Source: a virus (lineage: Duplodnaviria > Caudoviricetes). From it: a stretch of DNA of 53,133 nt. The notes beneath the pieces were generated by a model that saw nothing but the letters and a program-made list of their open reading frames with translations, was not told the DNA's origin and made no database searches. Below, piece by piece: positions 25,656-34,201 of the stretch. The position numbers and the translations under genes are program-made. Within the stretch, counting starts at the first letter, position 1. The number at the start of each line of letters is the position of its first letter. The DNA lies in the IMG/VR virus record IMGVR_UViG_3300032116_000282, positions 1 through 53,133 of that record; one strand, 5' to 3'.

Positions 25656-26749
25656 TATCCTAGACCTCCGTTAAAACCACGTGGGAAAAGCAAGCCGCCA
25701 CCTGCGGGAGCGGTATAGTTTCCAGCAAATAGAAGAAGACCGTTAATGTAATTTTTGAAATAATTCCATCCACCAGCACCATCATCTTGAACACCATGAA
25801 CAAAGTTGATTCCATCAGCAAACTTGTCGAACATAGTCGAGTAACTTGAATAGTCATAAATGAAACCACCAGTTGGACCTTGGCTATTAACGGTTGTTGC
25901 AAATACAACCTTCCAAGGAGGTGTTCCGCCTAAAGAATTCAAGGTGAACGATGAATCAAACCAATGTCGAGTGTGCTGAGTACCAGTTCCAGTCAGAGAC
26001 GGGAATGTGTAAAGAGCCGTGCCTCCTGGGGCAACACCATCTGAGTAGATTTTCCCAGGAAGCACATTACTAAGTATATTCCATCCCTCAAGCGGAATGT
26101 CACCTACTTCTGCTGGAAGTACAAAACCACGCTCAAGGGTGTTGTTCGTGTAGACGGTAGATACTCTACCTCCGATAGGCTGACCGTATGGCTCCGTACC
26201 CTGGACAACCACAAACGGCATTTCAGTAACACTCCCACCGGCAACAGAAAATCCAACCGTTGATGTAGCAGGAGCGGAATTACATCCATATCGAAACGAC
26301 GTATCCGTACCGACTACAATCGCAGGATAGTCTACCGTTGGCGAAGCAGATGTGTTGTATATAACAAACCAAACAAGATCGTTCAGTGCAGGAGTGTGTG
26401 GGGTAGCAAAATCAAACTTAATCCAACATATATCAGACGATGGGTAGGTCATTGATGTAGATGAATCGAGCAATCCCGTTCCTGGTCGTGCGACCGCTGC
26501 ACCAGTTGAATCATAAATGTCACATTGCAACGTAATACTTGCACGTGTTCCAGTGGTCACATCGACCATACAATAAAATTCATTTATCGGATCTGTGTTA
26601 CGAGCACGATAACCAACAGTTATAGCTTGACCGGATGTTCGGTGAACGTATGCACTATTCAACGTGAAGCCGACTTTCGATCCAGAAGAAGCGTGTCCGC
26701 TTGCATTGATAGCCTGAAGATTTGCTGTTATGTATCCGGTAGATGCCAT
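25655..26749 (-). CDS. Putative virion adhesin-like protein, paralog A
   Basis: Shares LNSAYVHxTSGQ, ITLQCDIYD, TLNSLGGTPPW and GGGLLxPRxFxGG with the next gene. Confidence 0.7.
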   Translation of the reverse strand: MASTGYITANLQAINASGHASSGSKVGFTLNSAYVHRTSGQAITVGYRARNTDPINEFYCMVDVTTGTRASITLQCDIYDSTGAAVARPGTGLLDSSTSMTYPSSDICWIKFDFATPHTPALNDLVWFVIYNTSASPTVDYPAIVVGTDTSFRYGCNSAPATSTVGFSVAGGSVTEMPFVVVQGTEPYGQPIGGRVSTVYTNNTLERGFVLPAEVGDIPLEGWNILSNVLPGKIYSDGVAPGGTALYTFPSLTGTGTQHTRHWFDSSFTLNSLGGTPPWKVVFATTVNSQGPTGGFIYDYSSYSTMFDKFADGINFVHGVQDDGAGGWNYFKNYINGLLLFAGNYTAPAGGGLLFPRGFNGGLG

Positions 26750-27831
26750 TATATACCTCCATCAAAGCTTCTAGGATACAACAACCCTCCACCACCAGCT
26801 TGCGGGTATCCAATCAAAAAGGATCCAATTGGACAAAACCCAGGATACTCCACCCATACACCTCCGCTTTCTTGGAAACCATTACACCAGTTCACACCGT
26901 CGATTGCGGTCTCGAAAATCGTTGAGTAGCTTGAATAATCATCGATAAATCCACCTCCTGGAGTTGATGTGGTGCTACCCATATTGTAGACAAGCCGCCA
27001 AGGAGGAGTACCACCTAGTGAATTCAATGTGAACGGAGTATCGAAAAAGAATATGCCGTGAGCACTACTGGCTAAACTTGGCCACGTAAATGACCACAAG
27101 TTAGCACCACCAGGAGCAACACCATCTGACTGTATCTCAAAACTTGTTACGCTGGTTGAAGGAGCATTGAATCCAACCAACAACAAATCACCAGCCGCAG
27201 CGTCAATTCGAATTCCACGACGAAGCGAATTGCTCGTAAATGGGCTTGCTGATCGAGTAGTCAATTGCCCATAACATTGACCATCAATAACATACCCCAC
27301 TGGAGTTTCACTACCACCACCCGAACCAGTAGAGGAAAAACCATTAGATGTTTGCATTGCTGTCGGATCCCCACCGTAAGGAAAACCACCGGCAATAGCA
27401 TTTCGGATGCCTGGGTAGTCAACAGTTGGGGAACTCGACGTGTTGTGAATAATAAAATATATTTCCTGCCTTACCGACACTGTTATTGGGGTTGCAAATT
27501 GAAATCGAATCCACTGTGTATCAGCCGCTGGGTACGTTGTTGTCGTTGAGCTATCAAGAAGTGTTGAACCTGGCATCCAATTGGTCGATGATGTGTCATC
27601 GTAAATATCACATTGAAGGGTAATGTTCCCGCGTGTTCCATACGTTGTATTCAAAAACACAAAGAAATCAGTGATTTCTCCGGCTACCGGACAGATAAGC
27701 GCAAACGCAAGACCCTGTCCAGAAGTCTTGTGGACATAAGCTGAGTTAAGCAGGAACTCTGTCGCAGATCCCGATGTGCCTACCCCGCACGTAGGAAACC
27801 GATAAGGATAATAGGTTGAATACAAAGCCAT
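26749..27831 (-). CDS. Putative virion adhesin-like protein, paralog B
   Basis: Tandem paralog of 25655..26749. Confidence 0.7.
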   Translation of the reverse strand: MALYSTYYPYRFPTCGVGTSGSATEFLLNSAYVHKTSGQGLAFALICPVAGEITDFFVFLNTTYGTRGNITLQCDIYDDTSSTNWMPGSTLLDSSTTTTYPAADTQWIRFQFATPITVSVRQEIYFIIHNTSSSPTVDYPGIRNAIAGGFPYGGDPTAMQTSNGFSSTGSGGGSETPVGYVIDGQCYGQLTTRSASPFTSNSLRRGIRIDAAAGDLLLVGFNAPSTSVTSFEIQSDGVAPGGANLWSFTWPSLASSAHGIFFFDTPFTLNSLGGTPPWRLVYNMGSTTSTPGGGFIDDYSSYSTIFETAIDGVNWCNGFQESGGVWVEYPGFCPIGSFLIGYPQAGGGGLLYPRSFDGGI

Positions 27832-28376
27832 TACAGTTCAGGTGGTTGCCCGCTCCCATCCCATGCATCAAGTGCAGCAACAAATGTGTTGTAGCGATCA
27901 GCCGCAGCCGTCCGAAGTGGTCCCTTGCTAGCTTCGAGTGCTAATTCAGCATTGTAAGCTGTTCGTTGTGCATCGAATTCAATTTCGGTTAATGCTGCAA
28001 ATGGTCGTCCACCACCTAGAGCATAGAACGAGTTTCGGATTGTAGAGTTCACTCCAGGAATCTGACTGATCAAAAACCAAAAGCGACCTGCATGCAATGC
28101 CTGTGTTGTAAAAAGCATCGAAGCCTTGGCACTATAGAGTAAAACCCATGCGTCATCGAACCGCTTGCGTGTATTTCCTGAGGAGGCTTCGTATGGGGTG
28201 ACAAGTGATCCAGTCATGCCATTCGGTCCCTCTTGCCAGTACGCACCTTCAAGCAACCAATCAACTGCATCGGATGCACGAATGTTTGATGCCGAAAGAG
28301 TTTGCAGAGTATTGACAATTTGTGTGTCGGTGCCGGTTAGACCGAGTTCTAATGACTTCAGATATGCTACGGTCAT
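27831..28376 (-). CDS. Hypothetical protein
   Basis: 181 aa, coupled ORF. Confidence 0.6.
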   Translation of the reverse strand: MTVAYLKSLELGLTGTDTQIVNTLQTLSASNIRASDAVDWLLEGAYWQEGPNGMTGSLVTPYEASSGNTRKRFDDAWVLLYSAKASMLFTTQALHAGRFWFLISQIPGVNSTIRNSFYALGGGRPFAALTEIEFDAQRTAYNAELALEASKGPLRTAAADRYNTFVAALDAWDGSGQPPEL

Positions 28377-28378
28377 TA

Positions 28379-28954
28379 CTAAATCTCCATAACTTGCGTT
28401 GGGGTCATATATGAGCGAATGCGATCAAACCATGAAGCATGACCGCAGACAAGCGGATGATCCGACAGCCACATGGCGTCCCATAGTTCGGAAGGTTCCA
28501 TGCTTGCTGGTCGCCAGAAATCCGGCTCGTTCCAAGCCTTAATCGCTTTCTGGGGAAGTGAGTTAAACCAACGGTAATCGTTCTGGGTGAAGTTGAGATA
28601 AATATCTCGGATTGTTGGACCCATAACGTCCTTAGCAGTGCCGTGAGTCCTACCCCCAAGTACGTGACCTATTTCGTGAACATACACATAAGCAGCTTGA
28701 GCTACCGATTGCCACTTGAACATTCCGTGAGCGTAGATCGTCCACCCACTAGTCCATGCTGCCCAAGGCTGGCCGTTCGTTGCTTTACCGTTCTTAGTGA
28801 GAACAAAGTTTATCTGTGCTCGGTTAATGTTCTGAACGAAGTTAACGTTGAAGTATCGACCAAATCTTCCGAATGCAGTAGGAAGAATATTGCGATTCCA
28901 GTACGGTGTACTAGCCCCTTTCTCAATCAATACTCTCCAAGTAATTGTTCTCAT
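28379..28954 (-). CDS. Zinc metalloprotease (metzincin/matrixin-like)
   Basis: HEIGHVLGGRTH (HExxHxxGxxxH, one residue longer than the canonical metzincin motif) followed by a Met-turn-like VMGP. Confidence 0.75.
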   Translation of the reverse strand: MRTITWRVLIEKGASTPYWNRNILPTAFGRFGRYFNVNFVQNINRAQINFVLTKNGKATNGQPWAAWTSGWTIYAHGMFKWQSVAQAAYVYVHEIGHVLGGRTHGTAKDVMGPTIRDIYLNFTQNDYRWFNSLPQKAIKAWNEPDFWRPASMEPSELWDAMWLSDHPLVCGHASWFDRIRSYMTPTQVMEI

Positions 28955-29790
28955 GGAGACAAGACCTCGTTGTCTTGGACTATTGCACCTACTGGGAGAC
29001 GCAATGGAGATCGTCTACCGGTCATTTGACGGGTACGATTTCCGATCACACTAATGTTGGTGGAATTTGGTCCAATCGTGATTGAGTGAAAACCAGTGAC
29101 TTCGACTTCATTGCCGATGATTTGGATGTCATCAAGTGGAGCATCAGTAACTGAATCCATCTGCCCGATTCCCTGGGAGATGGATTCTATCTTGTTGTAG
29201 GCAATCAGGAAGTTCTTGCATCCGTTTCGGAGTTGGATTGCATCGGAGTGATCACCGTCTCTCCATACTCCACCGAGTGATACACAGGACTTGCTTCCGA
29301 GACCATACTGGATGTCTCCATTAGGTAGTGTGCAAGTGGTTGGTTTTGGTGTGAAGTCGTGGAATCGATTACCTACGATTTGGAATCCTTCACCACCGGC
29401 AATGATCAGTCCGTCTTGTCGTACTGCAAAGTCACAGTCGATCCATGATAATCGTAGGCCACCACCACCAGCTACACCACGATTTGCATTACGGAGTTTA
29501 CATCCAATCCATCGAACGTCTCTTGCTGTGGCTCCGTATGCAATACCGTATCCACCCGCTGCTGTTCCGTCATTACCATTGGGTGCTTCAATTTGGCCAC
29601 CGAACCAATCGATGTTAGATCCACTGACTGAAACACCACGTACAGTTGCTCGATGAGCAATGATTGTAATTCGATTCGTGTAATTAGTTGGGATCTTAAT
29701 AAGTGGAAATATCCCACTCAGTTCTACGGTAAATCCACCGGTAGCTGCTGCTAGGATTCCACTGATTGTGTCTGGTGTAGCTTGAAGCAT
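28951..29790 (-). CDS. Right-handed parallel beta-helix protein (pectate-lyase-like, candidate depolymerase)
   Basis: Repeated I.GN.F / I.YN.I turns; DG.I and H.DAIQ motifs. Confidence 0.7.
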   Translation of the reverse strand: MLQATPDTISGILAAATGGFTVELSGIFPLIKIPTNYTNRITIIAHRATVRGVSVSGSNIDWFGGQIEAPNGNDGTAAGGYGIAYGATARDVRWIGCKLRNANRGVAGGGGLRLSWIDCDFAVRQDGLIIAGGEGFQIVGNRFHDFTPKPTTCTLPNGDIQYGLGSKSCVSLGGVWRDGDHSDAIQLRNGCKNFLIAYNKIESISQGIGQMDSVTDAPLDDIQIIGNEVEVTGFHSITIGPNSTNISVIGNRTRQMTGRRSPLRLPVGAIVQDNEVLSP

Positions 29791-29799
29791 GATCGTTCC

Positions 29800-30132
29800 T
29801 TATCGGTAAATGTTGATAATAACGGTATCTACTACAACTGCAACGTCATGGGAATCAGCAATACCGGCAGTGATCCGATAGCTTATACCCTGGGTGAAAC
29901 CACCGACTATTCCTGGGGAGACTACTAACATGCCATTCGGTGGGATGGCATATCGTAGTATTGGTGTATCACCTGGTACTGGAGTGGTAGCTTTGTTGTA
30001 GAGCTTAATGAAAGCTGCTGCTGCCCCAACATTAAAACACTCAAGTTTAACAAGTTGGTCATTCGGGTTTGAAGAAACAACGACACCAGTTGTTGTTGCT
30101 GGTTGAATAGCTGAGAACGGTGTTAATGTCAT
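29800..30132 (-). CDS. Small beta-sandwich protein, paralogous to the C-terminus of 22925..24472
   Basis: FNVGAAAAFIKLYN..P..YAIP vs SNAGTVAAFLHIFN..YAIP. Confidence 0.65.
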   Translation of the reverse strand: MTLTPFSAIQPATTTGVVVSSNPNDQLVKLECFNVGAAAAFIKLYNKATTPVPGDTPILRYAIPPNGMLVVSPGIVGGFTQGISYRITAGIADSHDVAVVVDTVIINIYR

Positions 30133-30413
30133 TGTTGTTTTTCCTTGAGTATTGCAACTTCTTCTTGAAGGTTTATGATTTTATTTTGCATCTCACCTTT
30201 GTGCTCATACATACTGAGCCGTTCGGTTTCGATGATTTCGATTCTGGCTTTATTGGTGGCTACTTCTTTTTTAAGTTCGTCGATGGTCGTTCGATTGTTA
30301 GATTCGAGTTGACGATAGAAGTATGCGATGACTGACGTGAGGGCGGCAATGATAGCCAGAATTCCTTTTTGTACCCAATCCGGTATAGTCTGAAATTCTG
30401 GTGCATCTGACAT
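30129..30413 (-). CDS. Single-TM plus coiled-coil protein (holin/spanin-like candidate)
   Basis: GILAIIAALTSVIAYFY hydrophobic helix followed by heptads. Confidence 0.5.
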   Translation of the reverse strand: MSDAPEFQTIPDWVQKGILAIIAALTSVIAYFYRQLESNNRTTIDELKKEVATNKARIEIIETERLSMYEHKGEMQNKIINLQEEVAILKEKQQ

Positions 30414-30733
30414 TAAGCTGAGATCCTTTCAAAGCAAAGAATAAATACTTTGGCGTTTTCTGTCGTAGCTGCGGTCAGTTGTACTTGTGATGCACCAATT
30501 GTGTATTTGGGATCAATGTAGTACGATTTGTTTTGAGTGGCTGATAAGGAAAAATCACCAGCGGCATTGGATGCCTTTAGTGCTCCGTCAGGACGAGTAT
30601 TAACGAACATCGTTAATGAATTAGGACTGGTTGTCATAGTCGCTGGAGTATCCAAACGAACTAAAGCATAACCGGCGGGAATGGCTACTGGTCCGATTGC
30701 GGTTGCAACTGCGGTTACTTGTCGTTCAATCAT
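30413..30733 (-). CDS. Hypothetical protein
   Basis: 106 aa, coupled ORF. Confidence 0.6.
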   Translation of the reverse strand: MIERQVTAVATAIGPVAIPAGYALVRLDTPATMTTSPNSLTMFVNTRPDGALKASNAAGDFSLSATQNKSYYIDPKYTIGASQVQLTAATTENAKVFILCFERISA

Positions 30734-31545
30734 GTTTTTAATCCAGAGATGATGGCTTGAACAATCTTTCGATACTCGTCGGTATCCTGGGGAGGAGCAG
30801 CGTTGATGGCATTCTGGATTGGAATACGCCAGAGGTTAATCCAATCTTTTGATCTACTAGCTGGTCCCCGAAAGAGTAAAGTGGTTTCGATTGTTGTACT
30901 TACTTGCCGCTTTGCTTCTGGGAGGGAAGATGATAGCTTGGGGAGTACATCTTCTAAAGCAGTGATCAATGCAACGGTCGTTGTTGGATCAGTAAGTTTA
31001 GCGACTCCTTCTCGAGAAATCTTCGTGATTTCCTGGAGGGGGAGAGGTGTGGTGGTTGGTGGAGGATCTGTTGGGTCTGGGTCGGTGGTCGGTGGTGTAC
31101 CGGGATATGCCTTAACAAGTACGGTGTGATATGTGTATGCAATTTGTGCTTCTTTGTTAGCAACAATTAAACCAAAACGGTACTTGCCGGGTTTGGGAAT
31201 TGCAAAGAAGATGCTGGAACCGCATGTTGCTGATGATTGTTTGAGTTCATCATCAATCAACCAGACCTTATTGTCTCCCACTGAATCTTCGTAGGACAAG
31301 AACAGAAGTGTTCCCGCAAGGACTTCTGTCGGTCCTTTGATTACTGCTACTAGAGGGGCTGATTCGGGTGTAGACTGGAGAACATCGTCTCCACAACCAC
31401 AAGGATTGTTTGGAGTTGCCAAACAATTGAACCATGAAGCAGAAAGAAGAAGCAGAATCAGTGGGAGACTAAGGTTTTTCATGATGAAGTCCGATATGAG
31501 GGTAGAACAGAACGACGCATAGTGGACCTTTGTTAAAAGGGACAA
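30730..31545 (-). CDS. Exported protein with Ig-like region, Pro/Thr linker and helical domain
   Basis: Signal-like MKNLSLPLILLLLSASW (true start probably this internal Met); PPTTDPDPTDPPP linker. Confidence 0.65.
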   Translation of the reverse strand: MSLLTKVHYASFCSTLISDFIMKNLSLPLILLLLSASWFNCLATPNNPCGCGDDVLQSTPESAPLVAVIKGPTEVLAGTLLFLSYEDSVGDNKVWLIDDELKQSSATCGSSIFFAIPKPGKYRFGLIVANKEAQIAYTYHTVLVKAYPGTPPTTDPDPTDPPPTTTPLPLQEITKISREGVAKLTDPTTTVALITALEDVLPKLSSSLPEAKRQVSTTIETTLLFRGPASRSKDWINLWRIPIQNAINAAPPQDTDEYRKIVQAIISGLKT

Positions 31546-31550
31546 CTATA

Positions 31551-31955
31551 CTAGGGCTTGGGTTTGGTCATTGGAATGGTAGCAGGAGCAGGGGCAGGGG
31601 CAGGTGTTGGGTTGAGTTGCTTCTTCAACAGCATTTCAAGAAGTTTGAGTGCAAGAGGAAGAAGAATTGCCCAATTGATTCCCAATGGAACAATACCTGC
31701 TGTGTCCAGGTTTTGTTTCACTGTCATAGCCAGTTCTTCGATTTCCACGGTCAAGGATTCGATTGAAAGTTCATCAAAGGCTTGGACCTCTGAGGTCGGT
31801 GGCAGATCTGGTGGCGAAAATTTTTCCATGAGTGCACCACACGTCCACAACCATTCTTTGATGATTGGGAGGCTGATACCTTCTCGGGTTTTGATTGCCA
31901 AGGCAATGATGCAGGATAGATTGATGTCTGCGGGGAATTGGCTTTCACAGGCCAT
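31551..31955 (-). CDS. Membrane-associated hypothetical protein
   Basis: INWAILLPLALKLLEMLL hydrophobic helix; PAPAPA tail. Confidence 0.6.
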   Translation of the reverse strand: MACESQFPADINLSCIIALAIKTREGISLPIIKEWLWTCGALMEKFSPPDLPPTSEVQAFDELSIESLTVEIEELAMTVKQNLDTAGIVPLGINWAILLPLALKLLEMLLKKQLNPTPAPAPAPATIPMTKPKP

Positions 31956-32014
31956 GAGGGAACTCCTAAAAGGTTAGAAAACAGTTTGCTCAATTTCATA
32001 GTGAAAAAGAGAGG

Positions 32015-32941
32015 TTAGAGCCAAACAATCGATTCGTTGATAAGACTCGAGATTATTCTGGGGGAGTCAGGGACTCCGTATCCCCAAAAAGGGTCACGAC
32101 CGGGTTCTCCTTTATCGGTCGTGTTAGCTGCGAGGAAGGTTCGGACAGCTTCTACACCAGAGAATGATGCGTAGCCTTCTCGTCTCATTAGCTCAATAAT
32201 CAGACAGAATAGGCCAGCAGCAAACGGAGTCGCCATGCTCGTTCCGGACATGGAGCGATACCCGTTGGTAGTAGAACAGGAAATGATATCTTGTCCTGGA
32301 CAAACAATATCCATTTCCCGACCTCCAGAAGAAAAGGAGGCTCTCTGCCCGTCAGCACGGTATGCTCCGATGCAAAGGCTTGCTGGGTACTTGGCGGGAT
32401 ATCCGATAGTGTTTCGAGAACCAGAGAATCCGGAATTCCCTGCGGCTGAAACAATTACCGAACCTTTTGACCAAGCATAGTTAAGAGCTTCTTCCATTGG
32501 ACCGTAAGGACTCGATGATCCAAGAGACATGCTAATAACATCAGCACCATTGTCGGCAGCCCAACGAATACCCTGAGCGATTCCCTCAGAAGATCCTGAC
32601 CCGCTATTTGATAAAACCTTCCCCACAAGTAGAGAGGCAGCCGGTGCTAGTCCTATACCCTCACGCCCTAAGACCGTTCCAGCACAATGAGTCCCGTGAC
32701 CATTGCCGTCCCTCCAGTTTTGACCAGAAACAAAGGAACGTGCCTCTACTGGTTCTGGGAGAACATCATGACTATTCATCCCAGTATCAAGGATAGCAGC
32801 ACGGATATTACGACCTGTGACTCGTTCCCAGATAGGTTTGAAAGTGTTAGCCGGTAGATGCCACAAGTTTGTTGGGGCAGCTAGAATCTCCACTTCCGAA
32901 ACTAGGTCTGGCGGTAGATATACTGGTGGTGATGTGTCCAT
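32015..32941 (-). CDS. Subtilisin-like S8 serine protease
   Basis: Catalytic triad motifs ILDTG, HGTHCAG and SGTSMATP; oxyanion AAGN; start placed at MDTSPP because the TTG at 32995 lies at the operator. Confidence 0.95.
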   Translation of the reverse strand: MDTSPPVYLPPDLVSEVEILAAPTNLWHLPANTFKPIWERVTGRNIRAAILDTGMNSHDVLPEPVEARSFVSGQNWRDGNGHGTHCAGTVLGREGIGLAPAASLLVGKVLSNSGSGSSEGIAQGIRWAADNGADVISMSLGSSSPYGPMEEALNYAWSKGSVIVSAAGNSGFSGSRNTIGYPAKYPASLCIGAYRADGQRASFSSGGREMDIVCPGQDIISCSTTNGYRSMSGTSMATPFAAGLFCLIIELMRREGYASFSGVEAVRTFLAANTTDKGEPGRDPFWGYGVPDSPRIISSLINESIVWL

Positions 32942-33016
32942 GATAATCCATATGATGGTCAAGAGAATTACAGTAGTATCATCTGATGATACCAACGAAC
33001 CGCGTTCCTCTATATT

Positions 33017-33044
33017 ATTATACGAAAAAGGCCCGGAAAGTCAA
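33017..33044 (-). promoter_or_regulatory. Putative late-operon promoter TTGACT-N16-TATAAT
   Basis: Intergenic, upstream of the S8 gene; flanked by GTATC-N7-GATAC at 32976-32992 and 33070-33086. Confidence 0.75.
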
Positions 33045-33091
33045 GAAAAACCTTCCAGGCCGCGAGTTGGTATCATGGGGTGATACGAAAT

Positions 33092-33382
33092 TTATGGTTT
33101 GTGGTGTTCTAGTTGTTCTTCTGTTTCTCTTTCGTATACAACAAGTTCATTGGTTAGCCAAGAAATCATTACACCCATATTAGGATCGTTCTTTGGAATT
33201 CCAGCTAGTGTGTGGATTTCATGCCATGTGCGAATTTTTTCAAGTTCGGCTCTTTTGATTAGTTCCGTTACCATACTTGCTAATAGGCGACCATCATCAA
33301 GACCACAAATTACAGCTTCCATTCTGTGTGCTTGGTTCTCTGTGATTTGAATTCTACGGATTTCTTTTCTTTGAGTGTTCAT
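33092..33382 (-). CDS. Hypothetical protein
   Basis: Coupled small ORF. Confidence 0.6.
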   Translation of the reverse strand: MNTQRKEIRRIQITENQAHRMEAVICGLDDGRLLASMVTELIKRAELEKIRTWHEIHTLAGIPKNDPNMGVMISWLTNELVVYERETEEQLEHHKP

Positions 33383-33693
33383 TCACATACCTCTCTAATT
33401 GCGGCAGCTTCTAAATAATCACGAATAGCAAACATGAGTTGTTCTGTTGCGAAGTAGCAATCCCCGTCTGGATGGGCAGGGACACTCTTTGGCATTGGGT
33501 CTTTGTTCTTGAACACCTTATCCTCACATGCGAACTTTCGCATCTTCAAATCGAACTTGTCGTGGTTGTAGCCTTTAACCATGACATCCATATTGTCAGC
33601 ACTGTAGAGCACGCGATTGAGCAATGTCGCTAGCTTACCAACTTCAGTTTTGGATGCTCGTTCAATTGTCTTTGGTCCCACAGGGTATTTCAT
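33379..33693 (-). CDS. Hypothetical protein
   Basis: ATGA-coupled small ORF. Confidence 0.6.
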   Translation of the reverse strand: MKYPVGPKTIERASKTEVGKLATLLNRVLYSADNMDVMVKGYNHDKFDLKMRKFACEDKVFKNKDPMPKSVPAHPDGDCYFATEQLMFAIRDYLEAAAIREVCE

Positions 33694-34040
33694 TCTTCAC
33701 CTTCTGCTTCTGGGGGAGGATTGTTGTTGAGGAATGTAATGAGGTCAGCAAGCCATCCGTCGTATCTGTAGTTGTCTACATCTTGATGACATTCTGGTTC
33801 AGAAGTAACCCATGTTTCGTTTTCGAACCACAGATCTCCTCCGATGTGTGTATCTTCGTGTCCGTTCCTTTCAGTTTCGGACCATTCCAGATATTTTCCA
33901 CCATCTGGTTGAAGAATCCATCCGTCGGTTTCTAGAATCTCGTTTTCGAATTCGAACTCAAAAGTTATCTTGCGTTTGTAAATGTCACTCATTTTTGTAC
34001 TCCTGCTATACAACCAAAATCTGGGGAAGTGCATAACCAA
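33690..34040 (-). CDS. Acidic hypothetical protein
   Basis: Coupled ORF; true start probably internal MSDIYK. Confidence 0.55.
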   Translation of the reverse strand: MVMHFPRFWLYSRSTKMSDIYKRKITFEFEFENEILETDGWILQPDGGKYLEWSETERNGHEDTHIGGDLWFENETWVTSEPECHQDVDNYRYDGWLADLITFLNNNPPPEAEGEE

Positions 34041-34201
34041 GCGTGGTATCCTTCGGAGTCGTTTACTGTAGCTAATGAAGTAAAGTCCTTTTCAGGATAT
34101 TCCTTGATTTCTTCTGGGTGAGGAATATGACAGCAGATTCTATGCTGTGGGTTGGTGGAATCTGTATATGTCCAAAATTTACAGTCTTTGCAGTGTATCA
34201 T
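33989..34201 (-). CDS. Small Cys-rich (Zn-binding-like) phage protein
   Basis: CKDCKFW..C..C..DFGC pattern. Confidence 0.6.
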   Translation of the reverse strand: MIHCKDCKFWTYTDSTNPQHRICCHIPHPEEIKEYPEKDFTSLATVNDSEGYHAWLCTSPDFGCIAGVQK

